A stretch of 64,000 nt of DNA, taken from assembly GCA_905178155.1 (NCBI GenBank), contig CAJINV010000009.1:2395373-2459372 (forward strand), in the 5' to 3' direction. Positions 1-9,883 of this stretch are shown here, piece after piece. The notes under the pieces were generated by a model. The model worked only from the letters and a program-made list of their open reading frames with translations, searched no databases and was not told where the DNA came from. The position numbers and the translations under genes are program-made. The number at the start of each line of letters is the position of its first letter. Position 1 is the stretch's first letter. This DNA comes from Amoebophrya sp. A120 (taxonomy: Eukaryota > Protista > Dinoflagellata).

Positions 1-1
1 A

Positions 2-130
2 CATGCGGCCGGCACAAGCCTGCGCACGATCATGGCCATGACGGGGCACTGCAGCGTCGATACGCTGCATCGCTATAATGAAGGAGATTTTACATACCAG
101 CGTCTTGCGGCGACAAAGGTGAAATGCTAG
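2..130 (+). CDS. C-terminal end of a tyrosine recombinase (phage integrase/Cre-like); gene starts upstream of the window
   Basis: Frame 2 reads HAAGTSLRTIMAMTGHCSVDTLHRYNEGDFTYQRLAATKVKC*, matching the tyrosine-recombinase box II pattern G.s...I...tGH.s..t..rY with the catalytic His and Tyr; stop TAG at 128-130. Confidence 0.75.
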   Translation, partial: HAAGTSLRTIMAMTGHCSVDTLHRYNEGDFTYQRLAATKVKC

Positions 131-152
131 CACCGAGGCCGACGCGACCCTT

Positions 153-1322
153 TTACTGCGAACCCGCCCTCGACAGCGACGACGACAATGTCGACGGTCG
201 CTGCGGACATGCAAGGCATAACAGATGTGACGCTGCGTGGGCGATCAGTCCACCTTGCTCGTGCGAGGTGGACTAAACGTTCAGTTTCACTTTCACACTC
301 ATGCTGATATATGTGGTAGTATGCAAAACTTTTCAACCGCAAGAACAAGTCCAAGTACAAGCTCGAGCACAACAACAACTACGACTAGATGCACACTTAC
401 AAAGCCAAAATTTAAAAAAATACCTGCTCCATGATTCCTTGCAGTTTTTCACAGAAGGCTGTTTTTAATGTCGTGTTTGCTTCGTTATCTAAACGAATCC
501 ACAACGATAATAACGAAGGAAGTTTCGTCATTAAATCGTTGTGGAAAATGAAGGCCCTGGAGAGATTTTTATTTTTTGTTTTTCATTTGTGAAGAGCTAC
601 ATGCGGATTTGTATGAGAGTAAGTTTGTAAATGTAATTGTATCTCGAGAGAAGGTATTGGTATGATGTCACACGAGACGAATGCAAGCATGAGTGGGTGA
701 AAGTTGAAAATAATAATGGAGAGCATCATGAAGATAAACATAGACATGAGCATGGTTATTGAAGCACAAATTTTAATCACACAATGGCACCTGAATCCGA
801 GTTCCTTCCAGCGATTCTCACCGTGGGACTCGAAGTACATCAATCCGGCTTGCCAACTATGATTGAGGCCGACCACTTCGAAAGCGTCGCCATTGTCCAC
901 GAGGAACATGAATCTCCTCATTACATAATTCCCGCGACACATTTCGCGATATAAAAACTCGCGGTGGCGGGTCGACCTCAGCCGGTTAAACGACGACTCT
1001 TTGATCTTGGGCATCATGCTCTTGCTCACCAGCGCACCGGGCTCGTACTTGTCCGAACGGAAGCGATCGACGAACGTCATCATCTCGTTCTTGGAGACCT
1101 GAAGTTGTAGATTTTTTCTGAAATTACATGAGAAAAATCTGATAAGCATGATGAGTTCTACACTGTTGCATCACGAAAAACACATCCATACAGAAGGGAA
1201 AAAGTACTAATGTATCGCACCTGTCCCTGCTGCCAACGGCCAACGATCATCTTGACTTCCTCCTCAGTCGGCATGTTCAAGGCCTCAGCAAGTTGGCCCT
1301 GAACGGCGGCTCCGAACTGCAT
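153..1322 (-). CDS. Hypothetical 220-aa protein, probably a transposon passenger; exons 1322-1221, 1098-791, 556-424, 272-153
   Basis: Three GT-AG introns join with consistent phases into an open 663-nt frame (MQFGAAVQGQ...SRAGSQ*); it ends 22 nt from the recombinase stop, convergently. Confidence 0.65.
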
Positions 1323-1465
1323 TTTCACACAAACTTCTGAAGAAAACTACGAAGAAACACTGTCGCTCCTACGGAATTTTTGCTGAAATATTGATGATTT
1401 GTCGCTGCGTTTGACATGAAATTCATGGAAAATTGACAGAAATTCACAACCTCCAAAATCCCCGC

Positions 1466-1596
1466 TCTGGAATAATTCAAGGATCTGAGCTCAAAAACCA
1501 TGGCTTTTCATGAAAATTCCAGGAATTCATCATTAATTTTGCGAATATTTGCCAAAAGTGATGGCTTTTGAGCTCAGATCATGGAATTATTCCAGA
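1466..1596. repeat. 36-bp imperfect inverted repeat with a 59-bp spacer
   Basis: tctggaataattcaaggatctgagctcaaaaaccat (1466-1501) pairs with 1561-1596 with 3 mismatches. Confidence 0.8.
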
Positions 1597-2440
1597 ACGA
1601 TGATTTTCGGGATCATGCATTTCAAGCAAAAAATGATGAAAAGCGAAGCAAAAAGTAATGAAGTCGCGCGTAGATTTTTGCTGATCACAGGTTGAAACTT
1701 CATGTATTTGCGTTGTATTTTGCTGGAGGATCTACTGCGAATTCTCTTGGAAATGATGTCTGTTGAGGGGAAAGTTGGCATATGGGGGAACGGTTACAGT
1801 CTCCAGTCGAAGAGTACATGGAAGGGAGCTGGTGTATGGAAATGGATATCGCACAACGAAAATATCAGTGACCGAGTTGCGGAATGGATCGAATACGACC
1901 GAGGACAAAGTGCTTGACTACCTGAAGACGCCTCTTGTATTGCGCGCATTTTCTCACTCATCGCACTTCTCCGCTGCTACGCTTTTTCACTTTCTCCTCA
2001 AAAATACCGCTTGACTTTTGTCAAATTATTTTTTGAAACTAAAGCTCAACGACCCGTCGCAAGCTCAAGTATGTTGCTGTTCGTAGTAGTGCTTGCATCT
2101 CAACCGCGGTGTTGCTACATCTAACACAAAGTGAAAAACTGCAAGCACCGGCGACGCGCATAGCGATGATTTTCTCGCATAAACATAAGATGTGATATGT
2201 AAAAACCATATCAAAAAGCTAAGCACTTATCGCCATGCTGTTAGTGAGTACGTAGCTTTACTGACATGTAGAACGCAGCGGCATGATTGTATTTCTATCT
2301 TGTCGTGAATAAAAAAGTACTGGCGAATCAACGTACTGGTACTGAAGTTGGAGTTGCTCGCTACAGCTATATCACACGAAGGTTATGAACAGAAAAAAAA
2401 TCAGAATCGCTAGTGACCTACAGGCACTTGAGAAGAAAAC

Positions 2441-5400
2441 TCAGGTCGAAACAGACATCTCGTCGTCCGTGCTGCCCTCCGAAGCCGAAGTATCCTCTGC
2501 CATTGTGTCCACTTTTTTGGTCGCGGAGATGTACGGCTTGATGTGGTCAAACGCGGCGTTCTCCATGGCAGGCGTAATCTGTCCCTCGGGGTAGTCGCAG
2601 CCAACAAATTCGCAGACTTTCTTCAGGCACCGCACACGGGCGTTCATCACGGAGTACTTGTCCATGAAGCGTCCGGTGGTGGTACTTCCGCAGGACTTCG
2701 GCTCGAAGATCTCGTCATCCGCATCCTCGTCGGAAGCGAACACATGCCCGTGCCAACAGGCCTGATCCGGGCGGAAGATGCAGTAGACGCGCTTTCCCGC
2801 CAGAGCTGGGCAAACCTGTTTCTCCGGGATGGCGATCGACGGCGTCACGGTAGCCTTCCAGCGCACGTCGCGTTCGTCACGCCTGTGCCCTCCGGGATTC
2901 ACGCGCTCGTCCTTCGCGGAAGGATCAAACTCCAACATCTTCTTCTCGGGCATAATCGTAGACCGCTGGATCTTGGCCTCCACCCAAAGCTCGGGCTTGG
3001 TGACCAAGTATAACTTCCCCTGGATGAAGTAGGTATCGACAACCGACGCTTTGGAGAAGATCAGGTACGACGCCGGGTTCAGCTTTGCGGTCAAGCCGCC
3101 GAGGCGGTTGCACCAGTGCGAGATGGTCACCGATTTGGTGCGGTCCATCGAAAGCTCAAATATCTCTTTCGTCGCGTCGTTCACGAGGCGCTCCGGAAGA
3201 GCCTTCATGGCGGTGTAGTTTTTTCCTTCGAACGGGTTGACAAACATGTTCTCGCCCATTCCGAAGGGGGACGGCTTCATCAACTCCGAAGGTCCGTTTT
3301 CCAGTGCCATCGGCTGCGCCTTCGCTTTAGCCTTCGGAACAGGCTTTACGCAGGACAGAATCTTGCGGGCCGAGGTCGGAACGAAAGTGCACAGCTGGGC
3401 GTGACCCTTCTCGCCGGAGGTCGAGTAAACAAAGTAGACTCCACCACACGCCTGACCAGCAAGTTTCTTCTGGATCAAAATGCCATTGGCAATCTCGTAG
3501 GTCGGAATCAGCGTCGTCTTCATTCCTCCATACCACTTCGGCACAACCGGCGCGCACGGGAAGTAATGGCGCACGATGTCGGGGACCACAAGCGGCGTTT
3601 TTTGGTGGATAAATCCACCGAAAAGCTGCGCCTCGAGCGTGTGCTTGATACTCTTGTTGTCGCGGTAGGCCTGCATGGCGGTGGTCAAGAACGGGTGGTG
3701 GTCGTCGGAGTAGCAATCGAAGTCCAACATCACGCGGCTATCGTTGAGCTTTTTGCGACGGGAGTCGAAGTATGACCTGTTGTTTTTTTTGCAATTGGAA
3801 ATGAGACGAAGCTGAAGGCGTAGCTGTAGCAGTAGATGATTACTTTGACTGCGAAGTGGAAGTAGAAGAGAAACAGGAAGTGCATTTGGTTCACAAAAAA
3901 GTCTGCAGATCAAAATCAAAAAATCCATGCTCGAGTCAAAATCTAAATACATGTTCTTGGTCGAGTTAGCACCTTAGTTTTTTCTATACCGCCACTGCTC
4001 GATCAAGTCGCAGTATTCCGGCCACTCCAGCTTTTCGGAACGCGAAATCTGCGTGCGCAAACCCGCCCGCTCCTGTTTGATGTTGGGGGCGATCCGCTTC
4101 CACTGCTGCCCGGTGGAGTGCAAAGACTCAGTAAACTGAGTACACGGTGTCGACAACGCGTTAAGCGGAAGCAAGACCTCCTGCAAGGCTTCGGAAACGT
4201 CGACGCCATCAGCTTTCAATTTCACCAGCTCCGTCTTGTAAGCCTCGACGAACCAATGCAGAAACTCGTCCCGACACTCGCCTTCCGTTTCCAAAAACAT
4301 TTCCGCCGCAAGCTTGGCATTCCGCGGATCCAACAACCACGTCAAGACCCAAGGGAAGGTCCATAACTGCAACTCCCTCGATGGCAACCGCATGTACAGC
4401 AAAAACGCGAGCTGGAGGGCAGCCACGTCTTCGGGCGCAATAGCGAGGATTCCTGAGAAGAGACGACGGAAATCGGTTGCCTGCGTACCAGTGATGCGGT
4501 GCTTCGCTTGTTCCGCGACCGTAGCGTTCCCGAGAACAACGGTGGAATCGCCGATGGTGCCCAGGTACCGCTCGTGCACGACGCGGAGAACTTTGGTGTA
4601 CGACCCAAGCACCTGCCAGAACACCGGATCCTTTCCCGCTTTCTTAGCTTTGATGAACGTAGCTCTCGTTTCCTTCTTCCTGTTTTTCTCGGCAAGAGAG
4701 AGCAGCTTGATCATCAGCGCCTTCTGGGTGACGTAACAATTCAGCCGCTCGGCACACGGGTAGATCGATAACCAGCGGTGCTGCTGAAATTGCGGAATCT
4801 TCGAGTACAATACATCCAAGCACCACATGTTCCCCGCTTCCGTAATCTTCTGCATTCCTTCGGTGAAGCCGGGGTACAGCGAATTGACGAGATCCTGTAG
4901 ATCACCGACAAGTCGATGCAGTTGATGGGCTTGGCAAAAGAATTGCACTATGTACGTTTCACACAGCCACTGCGTCGCGCCCCGCGCAATCTGTTTTGCG
5001 CGCTCTGCATTGCAGGCCGCCGAGTACACCCGCAGCTTCTTGTACGCTTTCAAAACGTCTGGACCCGCGTCCGAGAGACAACACCAGATGGTGATTGGGT
5101 CTCCTGGGAAATGCCGGGTGTCGCTCCCCGGCAACGGCAGGTAGTTGCCGAGCATCGCATACACCTCGCTCAGAACAGACTTCCAACCGGCCGAACTCTT
5201 CCGCGACTTTGGGATGAAGGGCCGGATGTGGCACTTCAACTTGCCGCTTGCGTCCATGCGCACGTAGCCGATCAGAACGTCCAGGCTCAGCATCCCGTCC
5301 TTCTTAAAAGTAGTGGAATCGGGGGCCATGCGGACCACAACGATCCTGCGCTTCAGTACCGGGTTTTTCTTCGGTCCGATCTTGCAGATCGGGGCAGGGT

Positions 5401-7944
5401 GGGCCTGGCCGGGCTGGAGCGGGTGTCCGGGCGCGTAATTCACGACGAAGAGTGCTTTTCCCGACGAGTCTTTCTGCACGTGGCGCGTGGTCTCCTTGAT
5501 CCGCTGCTCCTTACTACCTGAAAAAAAGTTGAAGATTCAATTTTAAGTTGCAAATTATCTCGAGCGTCATCTCTTTCAACTTTCATATGTGTAGCGAAGC
5601 ACGCGCAAAAGGACAAGCTTCGCTATCGTTTTGCTACAGCTATAGACGTAGAAGAATCGCTACTGTTTTTGTTATTGTGGTTGTGTGCGCTCGCACCACG
5701 TGCTAAAGCGTTTTGTTTGTTTTGGCTACAGCGTTACATATCGCGATGACCACGAAGGCGGGCAGACTGCAAAGCGGTGGCTTCGCTCTGCGGGCCAGTC
5801 AACACGAACGCTCGCTGAGCTTGATGTACGAAACCGAAGTAGTCGTAGTGCAGAAACGAAGTTAAGACAAAGAGAAAGCTCCGTCAAAATGGATATCAAA
5901 AATTGCAACCACAAGAGTCAGTCGCTGTTTCGCTGTTTCTCTTGGCGCTGGTATTGCAAAGCAAAACCACATCTTTGCCAAAGAGCCGTAGGTGGGACTA
6001 GGAGTGCGTGTCAATCTCAGCGCTTATGCCGAATACACGTACACCTACACTCACACACACACACTACTGATAGCATTGGAAGTTGATCTTGCCGTAGCTG
6101 TAGCCACAACCAAAAGTATAAGTATTACTCAAACTCGCTTTCGTACCAAAAATCTCATCCATGTCATTCCGCACATCCATGTCGAGCGCACGACCGTAGT
6201 ACGTCTCCATGCGCTCGCAAAACTGGCGGAGGGCGTGCTTCTTTTGCGCTAGTGACAGCTTAATTTTCTTTTGGTCGTCGCGGTCTTCACGGAAGGTCTT
6301 GTCGTTGTCGAGCTCGAACGACCGCGTGCGCTTGCGGGACGGAGAGTTGCCCACGTACTGCCCCCGCTGGAGCGTCGACGCCACGTCTTCGGGTGAAAAC
6401 AGCGACATCAGCAGCTCCTGTTTTTTCTCGGAGGTTGCCGACGATTTCCCGATGACGTACCCGATGTACATCACCTTCTCCTCCGTCGAATCCAACTTGT
6501 CGAAGACGGACCACTCAATCGCGGTTCGCCACATCTCTGGAACAGAGTTTTCCTTTTTCCTCTTCTCCTGCATGTGGAAAAACTCGTGGTCATCGAAGAC
6601 TCTCCGCAGCGTGTCCTGGGTCTGTTGTGCGAACGTTGCCACGTGAGTCACCTGAAAACAAAATCGAAAATAAATTAAGTGCGTGCGAGTGTGTGCGTTT
6701 TGAATTTCGTTTTGTATTTGTATTCCTATCTGTATTTGTATTTTCTAAGCAGAATAGGTTTGGTTTCAAGCGTAAGCTATGCTAGTGACTTCGCATTTGT
6801 TTTCGTATTCGAGATCAAGGTCGGAGCCTGGACCTGAAAAAAACAGCTGCATGGTCTTTAGTCACAATCATACCAGAGGAAAAATCGCAAGCAACAGTCT
6901 CAGTAGAGATAGGCTAACACAGTCCGCCTGCGATTTGCGAAAGAGTTTCACACCAAGACAATAAGTCTAGGGCGATTGAAGTTGAACGTCGCATCGCGCG
7001 TCATACTGATATCGTGCTGCCATTATCTCTTACGAATTTTTTGTAGGCGTAGAGGATCACATTCACATTCACACTCACAATCACACGCGCGCTCAAATCT
7101 GTTTCGCACTAACATAGGCGCTCACGCTGGAACGCAAGTTAGGCACTTGTAAGCATTGCGGATCATAATCATAATCATTGATTTAGATTTTCATTATCAT
7201 GCACAACTTTGCTTCACATCTACACACACTTTCGCAGTGACTGCGCAAGATCTTTTTTCCACTTCCTCAATCTTGCATAGTCAATTACTAAAAAAAAAAC
7301 CGTACTTCAATCGCATATATTTTCCGCAACATGTGAAGGGCGAACTCCGGCATGTCATCCTTCTCTGCCGCACCTCTTTTTCCTTTTGCCTCAGCAGACG
7401 GGTCCAGCTCGAGGCGCCACTTGGTGTAGTGCTTCTGCAGCTGCTTGTTGGTGGGGCACTGGGTCGGCACGAAGGACTTTTTCTGAAAGTGCGACTCGTC
7501 CTTCACGTGGTTCGGAAAGTCCTCCGCGGCCTGTTCCAGCAGCACCGACACATCGTTGATCGTCTTAGCTTTCAACACCAACCGCAACGACTCGAACTTG
7601 GAGCTTTCGCTGGCGATGAGACGGGGAAAGTCGGCTTCCGGATCTTTCGGCTCATCAAGCGTCGAGGGATCGCGCTCGAAGTTCATGTCGCTCTCCTGCA
7701 TAGCATGCTCGAGGTAAGCCAGGTGGGCCGAACTCCGCAGCTGATTCGAAGGGTGCGGAGCATGCTTGGAAAGTTCGGAGCGAAATTCGTCCATGAAAAC
7801 TTCGGGGTTTTTTTGGAACCGTTGGTTGATCCACGCTTGCACCGAGGGGAAGTGTGGATCCGCAGAACCACCCAACGGAGGGTCAGGGGCATCAGCCGCA
7901 TCTTCTTTTCCAGCCGGAGGCATGGAGTTGGCGAAGGGCTCCAT
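2441..7944 (-). CDS. Large DDE transposase, hAT-like (CxxH class), ~1335 aa; exons 7944-7306, 6651-6147, 5517-3990, 3776-2441
   Basis: Four ORF-track fragments join through phase-compatible GT-AG introns (YAIE|VTH, EIFG|SKE, QWR|SYF; 4008 nt). Motifs in hAT order: CLSDAG (D), FCQAHQLH (CxxH), HRWLS (RW.S), TQFTESLHS (E). Confidence 0.75.
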
Positions 7945-9011
7945 GTATGCCTTTGGTATGGCCGGAGGGTCGAATAATAAATGACTTTCAAGCGAGTATT
8001 TTTATCCCTGCAATAAAGTTTTAGTTGATGTCGAAAGACAAGTAGAAGCGCGAATCATAGATAGTAAATAGAGTTCATTTCGGAATCATTTTGTTTTTGG
8101 TTTTCAATGTTTGTTTTTGCAGCAAATGGAAAACGAAAACAAAAAGCGCACTTCAATAGAAATTAAAAACCGAAAGCGCCGCGGCCGCCGAGTGCGAGCG
8201 GTTGATCATGTTGCATCGCAAAAACATCTGATCCAGAGAAGATCTTTTTCTCCGCCAATAAGTAGCAAAAAGAACTTTTGCGGTTCAAAAAAAACGCAAC
8301 GACGGATCTATCTTCTAGTTGATCTTCGAGCTAAGACCAAGATCTCTTTTTATCCTAAAGATTCATATTCCGCGCATGACTATGTCCGAGCACAATTTTT
8401 AAAAGAAAAAGAGAAAGTGAAGCCGAAGCACAAGTAGAAGTTGGATGCGAAGTCGAAGTGCAAGACGAACTTCTTGGCTTTTCATGAGCAGCTCCTTTCT
8501 GATCTTGCAGCTCTGATCCTTTCTTCTCTCTCATCATCCTCATTTCCAAAACACTTCTTGTTTCAGACATCATCATTTTCACTGCAGTTCTTCCTTCTCT
8601 TACTCCTTGGCGCCCGTTCCGACGTTGGCGCAGGCACTCCACTTCCGCTTACACGATGTCGACGCAGACAGATGATGGCTGTCGGAATAGCCATCGATGT
8701 CCAGAATCGCGCGGCTATCATTGAGCGGTGTGCGAAGTCGAGCTGTTGTTGTTTTTTATTTGCAGATTAAAAAATAGACACCGCGCCCGTAGATGAAGAT
8801 GAAAGCCCAATGATCTATTCACGAAGATAGAGAAGAACATAATCTATTCTCGTGACCACCACCAATTCCTTCGCGACCTACACCTATGAAAGAGAAAAAC
8901 ACATAACCTGGGCGTCGCATCTCCTGCTGCTATCCGCTTGCTTCATCCTTCGCTTTTCACTTTCAGTCCTTCGAAGCTGAAACGCAATGCCACCAAACCT
9001 CGCCTGGTCCT

Positions 9012-9093
9012 CGAATAGTTGTGGTTCTGTAATAAACCACAACTATTCGCGCAGTTAGCCCGGTGAAGCTGACTGCGCGAATAAGTTGTGGTT
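9012..9093. repeat. Overlapping inverted repeats with 8-bp spacers (lox/FRT-like)
   Basis: cgaatagttgtggtt-ctgtaata-aaccacaactattcg (15-8-15, 9012-9049); second IR 9035-9059 / 9068-9093 around ccggtgaa. Confidence 0.85.
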
Positions 9094-9095
9094 TT

Positions 9096-9312
9096 CTTGA
9101 AGGCGAGACTCGGCTTTCTGGAAGGTAATTCGGTTTTTCTGCAAGGTAAATCGGTTTCTACTTGAAGGCAAATCGGTTTCTACTTGAAGGCAAATCGGTT
9201 GCTACTTGAACTCAAATAGCCTCAAGTGTGGTCAATTGCAAAGCTCGGTGTTGCCATATTGCAAAGCTCGGAACATGCAACTTGCAACCAGAAATTCTAT
9301 TGAAATGCTCGG
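9096..9312. repeat. Subterminal direct repeats
   Basis: About 5 copies of a ~22-bp unit cttgaaggcaaatcggtttcta, followed by ttgcaaagctcgg x2-3. Confidence 0.8.
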
Positions 9313-9883
9313 TGTGTCAAGATCAAATTCAAGGTAAAACGAGATCGAGTAGAAACCGTTTTCTTGAAAATAAAACATGGTTTATGGGGGGGCAAATTAT
9401 ATTTTAAGCATTCATATTATACTCCTTCTCTTTTTATTTTCCCTTTCTTTTCGTTTTAGGCCTCTCCTCCTGCCTCACCTTACTGAATTACCATGAGCCA
9501 TGGGTGCAGAGGGATGTATAGTGCATGTCGCGTTGTAATTGTTCTTTGAGAATGACAGCAAATCGAGCCGGTCTTTGCCTTTGCCGGGGAGGCCGTCTAA
9601 TGATATATCATTCGCAGCCTATGCGCGGGATGTTGCCATGCTTTCTTTGCTTTTGCATTTGCTTTAGAGTCTGAGTCTTGAAAAACCATAACATTTTCAC
9701 AAAAAGATGTACATTAACACATACAGGTCGTGGTCAAGTCAATATGGTATATCAATTCATATGCGGGTCGCGGGTAGTAGCTATGGTGGACGCATGTTTT
9801 TCCTTTCGTATTTCTTTATCGCGAATTCAAAAGGTGCATCAAGAATGACTATCATCTCCTTCATTTGATGCTTGCTGATCGTC

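Larger units (their letters stand above)
1..9401. mobile_element. Putative composite DNA transposon (recombinase + unknown ORF + hAT-like transposase); left end outside the window, right end tentative
   Basis: Tightly packed mobility genes with only canonical introns and no introners; subterminal repeats at 9012-9310; candidate terminus ...gggggggcaaattATA at 9401. Confidence 0.5.

Noticed and set aside
498-545. Imperfect inverted repeat tccacaacgat...atcgttgtgga sharing a core with the 9012 arms
   Set aside because: It lies within predicted coding exon 424-556 and has short arms; it may be chance.
8355-8770. Possible additional upstream exon or ORF of the transposase
   Set aside because: The acceptor-like AG at 8008-8010 is followed by an in-frame TAA before ATG 7944, so no coding join is supported.
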